In this document: positions 37,439 to 46,854 of the stretch, piece by piece
How the letters are laid out: each line of letters begins with the position of its first letter
How positions within the stretch are numbered: the stretch's first letter is position 1
DNA from: Candidatus Saccharimonadia bacterium
GTDB taxonomy: Bacteria > Patescibacteriota > Saccharimonadia > UBA4664
Length of the DNA: 64,000 nt
Assembly: GCA_041743505.1 (NCBI GenBank)
Contig: JBGTMQ010000009.1
Coordinates: 40,012 to 104,011 of the forward strand
Direction of reading: 5' to 3'
Notes under the pieces: generated by a model
Told to the model about the DNA's origin: nothing
What the model saw: only the letters and a program-made list of their open reading frames with translations
The model's database searches: none
Made by a program: the position numbers and the translations under genes

Positions 37439-39940
37439 ATGGCCCATTCTAAACACCGTAAGCGCAAGAAACAGCGCAGAAATTCTCAGTCTGGTTTTTT
37501 CGAAACTTTGTCGGCAACCTACCCGGCCCAAACCACAGCCAGTCAAACCACCCGGCCCAACATTGAACAGCTCGCCGGCACATTTTTGAGATATTGCTTG
37601 GATATGGCCGTCAGAAATCATCGTCTAGCAAAGAACTTCATTAGCCACAGCCGTGATATCTGGTTTTATCTAAAGAATCTCTGGGTACTATCACTGCCAC
37701 GCCGCATGCATTTGCGATCTGCCTGCACCAACCTTGGAACCACCGGCCTTGCCTACGGACAAGCCATCGGCCATGATTTACAAAGTTTAGCTCGGCAGTT
37801 GCGGCGCGGCCTCTGGGGCCGGCGAATGCGCTCACTTTACCTGGCCATCATTACCGCCATCGCCCTGGCCGGCGTTGCAACCGGTACTCTCGTTATGGCC
37901 TCAACCATGGCTCTCCACGCCAAAGATTTGTCTAGTCCGGCAGCACTTATGAGCGTTAAACGCACTGGCACCACCATACTAGACCGCAACGGCCAAGTAT
38001 TATTTCAGGGCTATGGTGCCCAGAATATTCAGCCGGTAACACTCAACGACATGCCAAAAAGCCTCAAAGACGCCACCCTCGCGGCTGAAGACCCGGACTT
38101 TTACGAGCATCGTGGCTATTCATTGCGGGCAATGGCACGCGCTGCCTGGGTAGATATCACCAAACGCGGCAAGATCGAAGGCGGATCCACACTAACCCAA
38201 CAGCTGGTTAAAAACTCGCTCCTGACCTCCGACAAAACCTTTGAACGCAAATACCAAGAAGTGATCTTGTCGATGGAACTTGAGAACCGTTACAGCAAAG
38301 ACCAGATTCTTAATATGTATCTCAATCAAACCTACTTCGGCCAAGGCGCCTATGGCGTAGAAACAGCAGCTCAAACGTATTTTCGCAAACCCGTCAAAGA
38401 CCTGTCCCTGGGGGAGTCGGCACTGCTCGCCGGCCTGCCGCTAGGCCCCAGCCGTTTTGACCCGAACGCCGACCCCGCTGCCGCCACTGAACGACGCAAC
38501 TACGTCCTGGATCGAATGGCCCAGCTCGGGCAAATCACTACCGTCGTCGCGGATGAGGCCAAGACCCAGCCGCTTATAGCCTACCCCAAGGCCGTAACCA
38601 TCAACGCCCCACATTTTGTATTCTATGTTTTAGCCCAACTGCGCTCACAATACGGAGAAAATATGCTTGAACATGGCGGGCTGACGGTCAAAACAACCCT
38701 AGATTTAGCCAAGCAAAACGCCGCCCAACAGATCGTACGGGACCAAATAGCTAGTTTAGCCCATAACAATGTCACCAACGGCGGGCTTGTCTCCATCACC
38801 CCCAAAACCGGTGACATCGTTAGTATGGTCGGCAGCGTCGACTACAGCGCCCCAGGCTTCGGAGCAGTCAACGTCATAACATCAGAACTTCAACCTGGTT
38901 CAAGCTTTAAGCCGTTCGCCTATGTCGCAGCCTTCGAAAAAGGCTGGAACGGCTCAACCCAAGTGGACGATGTGCCACTTCAGCTCCAAAACGGCGATGG
39001 CAGCCCGTATACCCCCCAAAACTACGACGGCAAGTGGCATGGCAAAGTAACACTTCGGCGGGCCCTGGCCAACTCATTCAACATCCCGGCCATCAAAGTA
39101 ATCCAGTTTGCCGGCCTGTCCGAAACCATTAAGACCGCCCAAAACTTGGGCATCACCACACTCCAAGACAGGGGACAGTACGGCGTAAGCATGGTCCTGG
39201 GCGCCGGCAACGTTAAGCCCATTGATATGGCCACAGCCTACGCAACCTTTGCCAATAATGGTGTCAAGATCCAACCTCGCGCCATCCTGAACGTGTCCGA
39301 CCGGTCAGGAAAAGACATCACAAAACGCAACCAGTCATCACCTCAAAAAGTACTCGATCCGCGCTACGCCTATATGATTACTAGTATTTTGTCTGATAAC
39401 CGGGCGAGAACAGAGAAGTTTGGCCCCAGCTCCCCGTTGCTTCTTAGCCATCCAAGTGCCGCCAAGACGGGAACCACCAATGACTTCCGCGATAACTGGA
39501 CAGTCGGCTACACTCCAGATCTGGCTACCGCCGTTTGGGTCGGCAACAACGACCACTCCGCCATGAGCGGCGTCGACGGCATTACAGGCGCCGCGCCTAT
39601 TTGGCACAATTACATGGAGATGGCCTTGGCTAACGCTCCGGCTACCAACTTCGAGAGCCCGCCGGGCCTAGCTACCGCGCGGGTCTGCGCATCCGATGGC
39701 GGCTTAGCCAATCCCTGGGACACCGATGCCTATGACGAGATATTCATGCCCGGCCAACAACCCACCCGGCACTGCAACAGTATTTTCAACCTCCTGCCGT
39801 TCCTGCAGCCTCCTCAGCCTGATAATCAACCGCCTGCACCTTCACCACCCGTTGACCAACCATCTATAGCACCCCTTGACGATGAGGAGTTTGAGCCGGA
39901 ACCAACACCCCGTCCGCCCCGTGGCCGTCGAATATTCTGA
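37439..39940 (+). CDS. Class A penicillin-binding protein (transglycosylase/transpeptidase)
   Basis: AEDPDFY, GGSTLTQQLVKN, QPGSSFK, SFN, KTGT; start uncertain. Confidence 0.95.
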   Translation: MAHSKHRKRKKQRRNSQSGFFETLSATYPAQTTASQTTRPNIEQLAGTFLRYCLDMAVRNHRLAKNFISHSRDIWFYLKNLWVLSLPRRMHLRSACTNLGTTGLAYGQAIGHDLQSLARQLRRGLWGRRMRSLYLAIITAIALAGVATGTLVMASTMALHAKDLSSPAALMSVKRTGTTILDRNGQVLFQGYGAQNIQPVTLNDMPKSLKDATLAAEDPDFYEHRGYSLRAMARAAWVDITKRGKIEGGSTLTQQLVKNSLLTSDKTFERKYQEVILSMELENRYSKDQILNMYLNQTYFGQGAYGVETAAQTYFRKPVKDLSLGESALLAGLPLGPSRFDPNADPAAATERRNYVLDRMAQLGQITTVVADEAKTQPLIAYPKAVTINAPHFVFYVLAQLRSQYGENMLEHGGLTVKTTLDLAKQNAAQQIVRDQIASLAHNNVTNGGLVSITPKTGDIVSMVGSVDYSAPGFGAVNVITSELQPGSSFKPFAYVAAFEKGWNGSTQVDDVPLQLQNGDGSPYTPQNYDGKWHGKVTLRRALANSFNIPAIKVIQFAGLSETIKTAQNLGITTLQDRGQYGVSMVLGAGNVKPIDMATAYATFANNGVKIQPRAILNVSDRSGKDITKRNQSSPQKVLDPRYAYMITSILSDNRARTEKFGPSSPLLLSHPSAAKTGTTNDFRDNWTVGYTPDLATAVWVGNNDHSAMSGVDGITGAAPIWHNYMEMALANAPATNFESPPGLATARVCASDGGLANPWDTDAYDEIFMPGQQPTRHCNSIFNLLPFLQPPQPDNQPPAPSPPVDQPSIAPLDDEEFEPEPTPRPPRGRRIF

Positions 39941-40049
39941 CCACACAAAATAGTATTGACAAATTGTTAGTTGTTATGTATAATACTCGATTCGCTTAAT
40001 TAGCGGCATTAATTAGCGCCTATGTCAGGCCTATAGGAGTATTATCCTC

Positions 40050-40547
40050 ATGAACGCCCTATCTAACACGATTCGCATTACTACCCTAAGTGTAACCGCA
40101 ATTGCCTTAACCGTTTTTTCGGCCGACACCGCTTTAGCCAGTGGACACGAATCTATCAAGATTCACACCCCTTCAGCCAAGGTTGAGATCAACAAAAGCG
40201 GCCATAACAAAAAAATCTACATTGCCACCACGCATTCCCACAAACCAAAAGAAGTCAAAAAGGACGATTGCGACCATAAACCCGTCGTGAAACCTTCGCC
40301 AACACCTAAACCAATTGTAAACCCAACCCCCGCTCCTACACCTACCCCTACACCCGTAGCGGGCAAGGGCAGCGGTCAAGTTCTTAGCAACACAACTGCA
40401 GTAGCAGCCCCAGCCCCTGTACCGGTTCAGGCTCAGCCTGCCGCCTTGCCGCAAACTGGTGCCGGCGACATGCTCGGCCTCTTAGCTGGCCTCGGCGGCC
40501 TTACCACCGCCTCAGTTGCCTACATCCGCAGCCGCAAGCGCAAGTAA
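40050..40547 (+). CDS. Small secreted protein with LPXTG sorting signal
   Basis: Signal peptide, Pro-Thr linker, LPQTG + hydrophobic stretch + RSRKRK. Confidence 0.8.
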   Translation: MNALSNTIRITTLSVTAIALTVFSADTALASGHESIKIHTPSAKVEINKSGHNKKIYIATTHSHKPKEVKKDDCDHKPVVKPSPTPKPIVNPTPAPTPTPTPVAGKGSGQVLSNTTAVAAPAPVPVQAQPAALPQTGAGDMLGLLAGLGGLTTASVAYIRSRKRK

Positions 40548-40562
40548 TCTCGCGCACCTGCC

Positions 40563-40590
40563 AAAAAGACCCCTTCACCGGGGTCTTTTT
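40563..40590 (+). terminator. Intrinsic terminator
   Basis: AAAAAGACCCC / GGGGTCTTTTT. Confidence 0.85.
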
Positions 40591-40633
40591 GGCGCCCGAA
40601 AACCAAAATTCGAATTCAGGTATAATAAGCCTT

Positions 40634-41743
40634 GTGCAAGAACTCGAGAAACAATTAGAGAGCCTCCTCAGGCATGTCCAAATCGCCATCAAGCAGCTCA
40701 AGCTAACAGATGACGAGCAGGAAGTTAAGCTACTCGAGACTGCTACTCAGGCCCCTGACTTCTGGCAAGACTCTACAGTAGCTGCAACCACATCTAAACG
40801 CCTGGCCGCCCTCCAAAAGCACACCGGGAGCTGGCGCCAACTTGAAACCGGTGTCAGTGATGAGCTTGAGGGTCTAAAGACATTCGGCGCCGAGTACCTG
40901 GAGACCGCCCGCTCGTCCTGTGAGCGTCTTACAGGCGAATACCAAAAGCGCGAATTCGAGCTCAAATTATCTGGCCCACATGACCGGTCCAGCGCCATTT
41001 TGGAAATCCATGCTGGTACGGGCGGCACCGACGCTCAAGACTGGGCCCAGATGCTCCAGCGCATGTATCTGCGCTGGGCAGAGCGCCAAGGCTACAACGC
41101 CGACATCCTGTCACTGAGCCCCGGCGAGGAAGCCGGCCTCAAGAGTGTCACCATCGAAGTCAACGGCCCCTACGCCTATGGCAAACTCAAAGGGGAAGCG
41201 GGCGTCCACCGGCTGGTGCGGCTTAGCCCATTTAACTCAGATAACCTCCGCCAAACCTCGTTTGCGCTCGTAGAAATCCTGCCGCAAATAGAACAAGCCA
41301 CCGAACTGGCTATCGACCCGAAGGACCTGCGCATCGACGTCTACCGATCAGGTGGCCACGGCGGACAATCCGTTAACACCACCGACTCAGCCGTGCGCAT
41401 CACCCATATACCCACTGGCATCGTCGTGGCCATCCAGAACGAGCGCTCACAGCTTCAAAACCGCGAAAAAGCCATGGCCATACTGCGCTCTCGTCTGGCC
41501 GCCCTGCTAGACGAGCAACAAAAAGCCGAGCTGACCGACTTGCGCCGCAGCGACACCTCGGCCGCCTGGGGCCAGCAAATTCGCAACTACGTACTCCATC
41601 CCTACACCAAAGTCAAAGATGTCCGGACCGGCACCGAAACAGCCGATGCCCAAAGTGTTCTGAACGGCAACCTAGATCTTTTTACCGACGCGTACTTGAA
41701 CCAACAGATTGGCCCAAGCCACGAGTCGGCCTCATCCCAATGA
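40634..41743 (+). CDS. prfB: Peptide chain release factor 2, no programmed frameshift
   Basis: SPF and GGQ motifs; continuous frame from GTG 7 nt after TATAAT. Confidence 0.96.
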   Translation: MQELEKQLESLLRHVQIAIKQLKLTDDEQEVKLLETATQAPDFWQDSTVAATTSKRLAALQKHTGSWRQLETGVSDELEGLKTFGAEYLETARSSCERLTGEYQKREFELKLSGPHDRSSAILEIHAGTGGTDAQDWAQMLQRMYLRWAERQGYNADILSLSPGEEAGLKSVTIEVNGPYAYGKLKGEAGVHRLVRLSPFNSDNLRQTSFALVEILPQIEQATELAIDPKDLRIDVYRSGGHGGQSVNTTDSAVRITHIPTGIVVAIQNERSQLQNREKAMAILRSRLAALLDEQQKAELTDLRRSDTSAAWGQQIRNYVLHPYTKVKDVRTGTETADAQSVLNGNLDLFTDAYLNQQIGPSHESASSQ

Positions 41744-42324
41744 ATCCATCACAGCCCGCCATTTGTATCCTATATGGCTTTGCCGAGGGGCCGGCCATTA
41801 GCAAGCAGCTTTGTGCAAAATTACAAGCCGCCGGGTATGCATTGACAAATCAGGCCGAGCAAGCTGACATCATCATTGCCCACTCTGGAGGTCTGCTCGC
41901 CCTACCACCTAATCTGGCCAACAAGCTCGTGCTACTCATTGCTCCATCCCATAATCGCCGTTACCGATCACTCTTTATTACCGAGCTGGACAAGGTTTTC
42001 CGAGATCTAACACATCACCTACGTACACATCAAATTAGGATATGGACGCACCGGTTTATTTGGAGCATTGTGTATTTGCTCAGCCATCCCATCCAAGGGT
42101 TCAGGATGTGGCTATCCCATCGCCAAAGAGATCAACCTTTGCCATCGTTAAATGCCCGCAAAGTTATCATTGTTTCTTACCGAAATGATCCCTGGTCAAG
42201 CCGCCTACGCCCGGAAGACACATACATACACCCCAACTACCGCTACATTACCTTAGATAGCATTCATGATGATCTGTGGCTCAACCCAAATACATATATC
42301 CAGATTATCCGGTCGGATATATAG
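41740..42324 (+). CDS. Minimal alpha/beta-hydrolase-like protein
   Basis: LYGFAEG, IAHSGG nucleophile elbow, DPWS, HDDL. Confidence 0.6.
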   Translation: MNPSQPAICILYGFAEGPAISKQLCAKLQAAGYALTNQAEQADIIIAHSGGLLALPPNLANKLVLLIAPSHNRRYRSLFITELDKVFRDLTHHLRTHQIRIWTHRFIWSIVYLLSHPIQGFRMWLSHRQRDQPLPSLNARKVIIVSYRNDPWSSRLRPEDTYIHPNYRYITLDSIHDDLWLNPNTYIQIIRSDI

Positions 42325-42544
42325 AAAAACAACCGGACGTCACGCTCCTCGTAAAAGCTTTTCCTATATTGCCCGCCAATAGGGTATAAAGAGTTCTTTA
42401 TACCGCTCCCGCAGAAGACATATGGCTTCCTGTCAACTCCGACCTTCCTCACGAGCAAAAAACTAGACAAGACACATTAAATATGATATAATGTATATAT
42501 CACTGCATTCGTGGTGATTTGACATCCAAGACCCTGGAGCGATC

Positions 42545-43042
42545 GTGACTCTGGTTTTACGCGACACTCAGTACATTGGCCCTCCCAACACCACGACGGT
42601 TGGCATCGTGGCAATCTCAGTGCAAACAGCTATTGCCACTCTGCTTGTGGAGGCTCCAAAAGCCACCGCATGCAGTGTCCGCCATGCTATAGGACCCATT
42701 CTTGCCATTTGCGGTGACGACGACAAACTGCAAGTCATCCAGTACCAGTGCGAAGGCACCGTGGGCCGAAAACTCAACGACCTGTGCACCTACTTGCGAC
42801 TCGACGTTGGGGGCCTGACTCAACAGTCTCTCAACCTCTTGCCCAGTGATGCAGCCGCACACCTGCTCAAGCAAAACCAGGCACGCGGAGCCCTGATCCT
42901 GGCAGCCGACCTCCTGCATTACCTTGATTCAGAGGATGAAGTACGGCTCATGGACATGAGCGAAGATGACTTCGTGTCACTCATCAGCCAGGCAATCGAA
43001 GGCTCCAATGCTTTCGAGCTCCTTCAGCGCCTTCCGCGCTAA
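42545..43042 (+). CDS. Hypothetical protein (paralog pair with 43209)
   Basis: GTG start, GGAG SD, TAGACA/TATAAT promoter, terminator 43060-43092. Confidence 0.7.
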   Translation: MTLVLRDTQYIGPPNTTTVGIVAISVQTAIATLLVEAPKATACSVRHAIGPILAICGDDDKLQVIQYQCEGTVGRKLNDLCTYLRLDVGGLTQQSLNLLPSDAAAHLLKQNQARGALILAADLLHYLDSEDEVRLMDMSEDDFVSLISQAIEGSNAFELLQRLPR

Positions 43043-43208
43043 CAAGTCAGGTCTTGGATAAAGCCGCTACCTCACCAGAGGTAGCGGCTTTTCCTTTGAA
43101 CAATCATCTAGTCCAATACCTCAAACCGTGCTGTAATATTGCAGACCCCCTTACGAGTGGCGCCTTAACATCCAAGCCTCGTTCCAGCCGGTCAATTAAG
43201 GAGCCCTT

Positions 43209-43622
43209 ATGGCTGATTCACTTACACCGTTTCCCATTTTTAGGGAGATATGGCTCCAACAGTCCAGCAGGGACAACGACCATTGGGAGCCATACTTTCG
43301 GAACCGGCCATCTTACCGGGGAGTGTGCTCAAGCATGATCTCAATGAAAATGGCCAAAGAGGAGCTAACTGCCAGAATCCCAACTGCCGTCTGCCTCAGT
43401 ATCTCGGGCCATAGAATTGAGTTAACCACACAGCCAAACGGTAATTTTCAGCTCACCATCAAGTATTGGTGGCTAAACAGCCTTGCCGATGAGCTGGAAG
43501 ATTTTGCAATCTGCTTGCGGTTCGGCGTTCACATCCCTATGCCTAGTACTCCCAAGCCTTCACCCAACGGAGTAAAGCCAACCCCGCTCGAAATCCTAGA
43601 ACCGCTTCTCCAATCGGCTTGA
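43209..43622 (+). CDS. Hypothetical protein (paralog pair with 42545)
   Basis: AAGGAG SD; downstream hairpin; weak alignment to the previous gene. Confidence 0.7.
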   Translation: MADSLTPFPIFREIWLQQSSRDNDHWEPYFRNRPSYRGVCSSMISMKMAKEELTARIPTAVCLSISGHRIELTTQPNGNFQLTIKYWWLNSLADELEDFAICLRFGVHIPMPSTPKPSPNGVKPTPLEILEPLLQSA

Positions 43623-43751
43623 ACCGAGGCCTGAGCCGTGGCTGTGGTCTTCTCTAGACCACAGCCTATATTATTGGGCCATTTACCGCTATCTTAACCC
43701 TATCCGGTGCCAGCCTTAGTCGAACTAGACTTGTGCTACACTAAGAGGCAA

Positions 43752-44474
43752 ATGATCCTGTTTGATCGCGTAACCAAAGTCTACCCGAACCAGTCAATTG
43801 CTTTGAGTGGGTTGAACCTCCACATTCAACCCAAAGAGTTCGTCACCATCGTGGGATCGAGCGGGGCAGGGAAGTCAACTCTCATTAAGCTCCTCACTAG
43901 GGAAGAAGCCCACACCTCGGGCAAGATTATCGTCGGTGGGCTCGATTATGACACCATCACACCCCGCGACGTGCCGCTAGTCCGGCGGCGTATCGGAGTT
44001 GTATTCCAAGACTTCAAGCTATTGCCAAACCGCCGGGTTGGGGAAAACGTCGCCTTCGCCCTGGAGGTCTCAGGCGCCCGGAGCCGCGAGATCAAGCGAG
44101 CCGTACCCAAAATGCTCACACTCGTGGGCCTGGCCGCCAAAGAGGGCGCTATGCCCGACGAATTGTCCGGCGGCGAACGCCAGCGCGTCGCCATAGCCCG
44201 GGCGCTCGTCCGCCAACCCAAGATCCTCATCGCCGACGAGCCAACCGGCAACCTCGACCCCAAAAACGCCTGGGAAATCATCGAGTTACTGCTCAAGATC
44301 AACCGTTTTGGCACCACCGTATTGCTCACAACCCATAACAAAGAAATCGTCAACGCCCTCAAACGCCGCGTTATCACCATCAACCGCGGACGGATTATCC
44401 GCGACGACGAGCAAGGCCGCTACACGCTGGAAACACCAACCACACTCAAAGAGCCCAAAGGAGGATCCAGGTAA
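43752..44474 (+). CDS. ftsE: Cell division ATP-binding protein FtsE
   Basis: GSSGAGKS, VFQDFKLL, LSGGE, ADEPTGNLDP. Confidence 0.96.
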   Translation: MILFDRVTKVYPNQSIALSGLNLHIQPKEFVTIVGSSGAGKSTLIKLLTREEAHTSGKIIVGGLDYDTITPRDVPLVRRRIGVVFQDFKLLPNRRVGENVAFALEVSGARSREIKRAVPKMLTLVGLAAKEGAMPDELSGGERQRVAIARALVRQPKILIADEPTGNLDPKNAWEIIELLLKINRFGTTVLLTTHNKEIVNALKRRVITINRGRIIRDDEQGRYTLETPTTLKEPKGGSR

Positions 44475-45392
44475 ATGATGCTCCAACTCCTGCGGGTTTT
44501 CCGAACCGGCTCACAAAACTTCATTCGCAACATGTGGCTGTCCACCGCCGCTACTGCCGTCATGACTGTCACCCTGACGATTGTCATCATTTCGTTTATC
44601 TCTAACCAGGCTCTCACCTCTACCATCAAAGGCGTCACTGACAAAATCGACGTGTCGATTTATTTGGCCGACTCTACCACTCCGGATCAAATGAATGCCT
44701 TTAGGGCCCGCCTCGGGCAAGATGAAAACGTTCAATCGGTCACATACAAGTCCAAAGCCGACGCGCTGGCCGATTATCGCAAGCAACACGCTAGCGATCC
44801 CAAATTACTCCAGGCAATCAGCGAAACCGACAATCCACTGCCAGCCTCGTTGCAAGTCAAAACCAAAGACCCCAAAAAGCTCAACTCCATTACCGCCGTC
44901 GTCAACCAACCCCAAAATAAGGTCCTGCTTGATCCTACCTCAGCGCCCAGTTACTCAGGTACTCGCAAAGACACCATCGACCGGATTGTCAGGTTCTCAA
45001 ACTTTTTCCGTACCACCGGCCTCATCATGAGCATTGTGTTCATAATCATCTCCACCCTTATCATCTTCAACACCATTCGCATGGCTATTTTTACCCGACG
45101 CGACGAAATCGAAATCATGAAACTCGTCGGCGCCACCAAATGGTTTATCCGCGGTCCCTTCCTGGTTGAGGCCGCCCTTTACGGCATTATCGCCGCCTTT
45201 ATTGCAGCTGCGTTGGCTTACACACTGTTGCTCGGCGGCGCCCCAAAATTGGCTGCCTACATCGACGTCAAAAGCACCATCGATTTCTTCCGCTCATACC
45301 CAATCCTGGTCGTGTTAGGCGAGATGGTAATTGGCGTCTTCATTGGAGTCTTCTCCAGCCTGCTAGCCATGACCCGCTATTTGAAGCTCTGA
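44475..45392 (+). CDS. ftsX: Cell division permease FtsX
   Basis: NPLP, NTIRMAIFTRRDEIEIMKLVGATKWFIRGPF. Confidence 0.96.
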   Translation: MMLQLLRVFRTGSQNFIRNMWLSTAATAVMTVTLTIVIISFISNQALTSTIKGVTDKIDVSIYLADSTTPDQMNAFRARLGQDENVQSVTYKSKADALADYRKQHASDPKLLQAISETDNPLPASLQVKTKDPKKLNSITAVVNQPQNKVLLDPTSAPSYSGTRKDTIDRIVRFSNFFRTTGLIMSIVFIIISTLIIFNTIRMAIFTRRDEIEIMKLVGATKWFIRGPFLVEAALYGIIAAFIAAALAYTLLLGGAPKLAAYIDVKSTIDFFRSYPILVVLGEMVIGVFIGVFSSLLAMTRYLKL

Positions 45393-45465
45393 TACTTCTC
45401 CCGTCCCGGTAACCATAAAATAATCCATTGCATCACGCTAACGCTTATAGTAGAGTGCCTGGGTT

Positions 45466-45648
45466 ATGAAACAAAACATCCTACTCGCCCTTCTGTGTGC
45501 CGGAATTGGTATCATCATTATTGCCAGTGCAGCCTTTGCCGTTCGTCCCCGGCATAAAATACTGTGGTTCATCTTTGCCAGCATAGGTTTCTCGCTCTTA
45601 GCCCTAGGCTATCTCCAATTTCTATACTCCGTAAACGGTCCGGTTTAG
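45466..45648 (+). CDS. Small 2-TM protein
   Basis: 60 aa, two hydrophobic helices, fills the gap between ftsX and the CHAP gene. Confidence 0.55.
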   Translation: MKQNILLALLCAGIGIIIIASAAFAVRPRHKILWFIFASIGFSLLALGYLQFLYSVNGPV

Positions 45649-45708
45649 TTTGTCAATATACACAACTGGTTTGACAGATAAGCACGACAGACATACTATG
45701 GAACTACC

Positions 45709-46836
45709 TTGGAGGGGCAAGCCATACGTAACGTTAACCACAACGCAATCATCAGCAAGGCCATCACTAGTTTAGCCGTCGTGACGGTCTTATTTTCGGC
45801 TAGCGGCGTAGCCAACGCCGACACACTTGACGATCAGATTAAAGCAGCACAGGCAGAAGCAGCAGCGCAGTCAGCCAACGCCAGCAACTTGCACGCCCAA
45901 GCCAATAACTATCAAGAGCAAGTCAATCAGTACCGGTCGCAGATTGCCGTGGTCCAATCGCAAATCAGACTCAACCAGAGCAAATCTGCCAAGCTCAATG
46001 CCCAAATTGAAGACGCCAAGGTCAAAATGGCCGAGCAAAAAGCCTTTCTAGCCGCCAACATCAAGAGCATGTACCTAAGCAGTAACGTTTCACCCTTAGA
46101 GATGCTTGTTTCAAGCGGAGACATCTCCAGCTTCTTCAACCAGCAACAATACCAGGATAAGGTCAAAGATAAGATCCAATCGGCTATGGCCGAGATCGTC
46201 AAGCTTAAAGCCGACCTCGACAAGCAACAAGCTGATCTCGCCAAGCTCTTAGCAGACCAAGAGAATCAGCACCAACAGCTCACTGCCACCAAAGCCAACC
46301 TCGATCAGCTCTTGGCCGTTGCCGCCCAAAATGCTGCCGTCGCCGACAATCAAGTTAAAGAGAAGAATGCCCGGGTAGCCACTCTCAAAGCCGAGCAAGC
46401 CGCCGCCCTGGCCGCCCGCTTTAGAAATAGCAATGGCTTTGCCTCCGGTGGAGCATGTGGTGGTGGCTATCCAGCCATCTACTGCAACGCCGAGCAAGAC
46501 AGCTTGGTAGATCGGTGGGGCATGTACAACCGTGAATGCGTCTCCTACACTGCCTTCAAAGTCTGGCAGTCCGGCCGCAACATGCCCTACTGGGGCGGTG
46601 TCGGCAACGCCAAACAATGGCCCGGCAACGCCCAATCCAGGGGCATACCGGTCGACGGCAATCCAAAACCTGGTGACGTCGCCATCTCCATGGCTGGCCC
46701 TTACGGTCATTCCATGTATGTCGAGAGCGTCTCTGGCGGCAATGTCCACGTCAGTCAGTATAATTTCAGCAACAACGGCCAATATAGTGAAATGACCATC
46801 CCCGCATCTGGTCTCTATTTCATCCATTTCCGCTAA
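45709..46836 (+). CDS. PcsB/CwlO-like coiled-coil + CHAP peptidoglycan hydrolase
   Basis: Signal peptide, long coiled coil, RECVSY...GNAKQW...YGH..YVE..VSQYN; downstream of ftsEX. Confidence 0.9.
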   Translation: MEGQAIRNVNHNAIISKAITSLAVVTVLFSASGVANADTLDDQIKAAQAEAAAQSANASNLHAQANNYQEQVNQYRSQIAVVQSQIRLNQSKSAKLNAQIEDAKVKMAEQKAFLAANIKSMYLSSNVSPLEMLVSSGDISSFFNQQQYQDKVKDKIQSAMAEIVKLKADLDKQQADLAKLLADQENQHQQLTATKANLDQLLAVAAQNAAVADNQVKEKNARVATLKAEQAAALAARFRNSNGFASGGACGGGYPAIYCNAEQDSLVDRWGMYNRECVSYTAFKVWQSGRNMPYWGGVGNAKQWPGNAQSRGIPVDGNPKPGDVAISMAGPYGHSMYVESVSGGNVHVSQYNFSNNGQYSEMTIPASGLYFIHFR

Positions 46837-46854
46837 TTTAATCAAGGAACCCGC

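Noticed and set aside
40589-40720. Programmed +1 frameshift in prfB
   Set aside because: Frame is continuous with no CTT-TGA site; frameshift-free prfB is known in several phyla.
42425-42455. RNase P-like GAGGAAGGTC on the minus strand
   Set aside because: Region too short and lacks the conserved 3' pairing segment.
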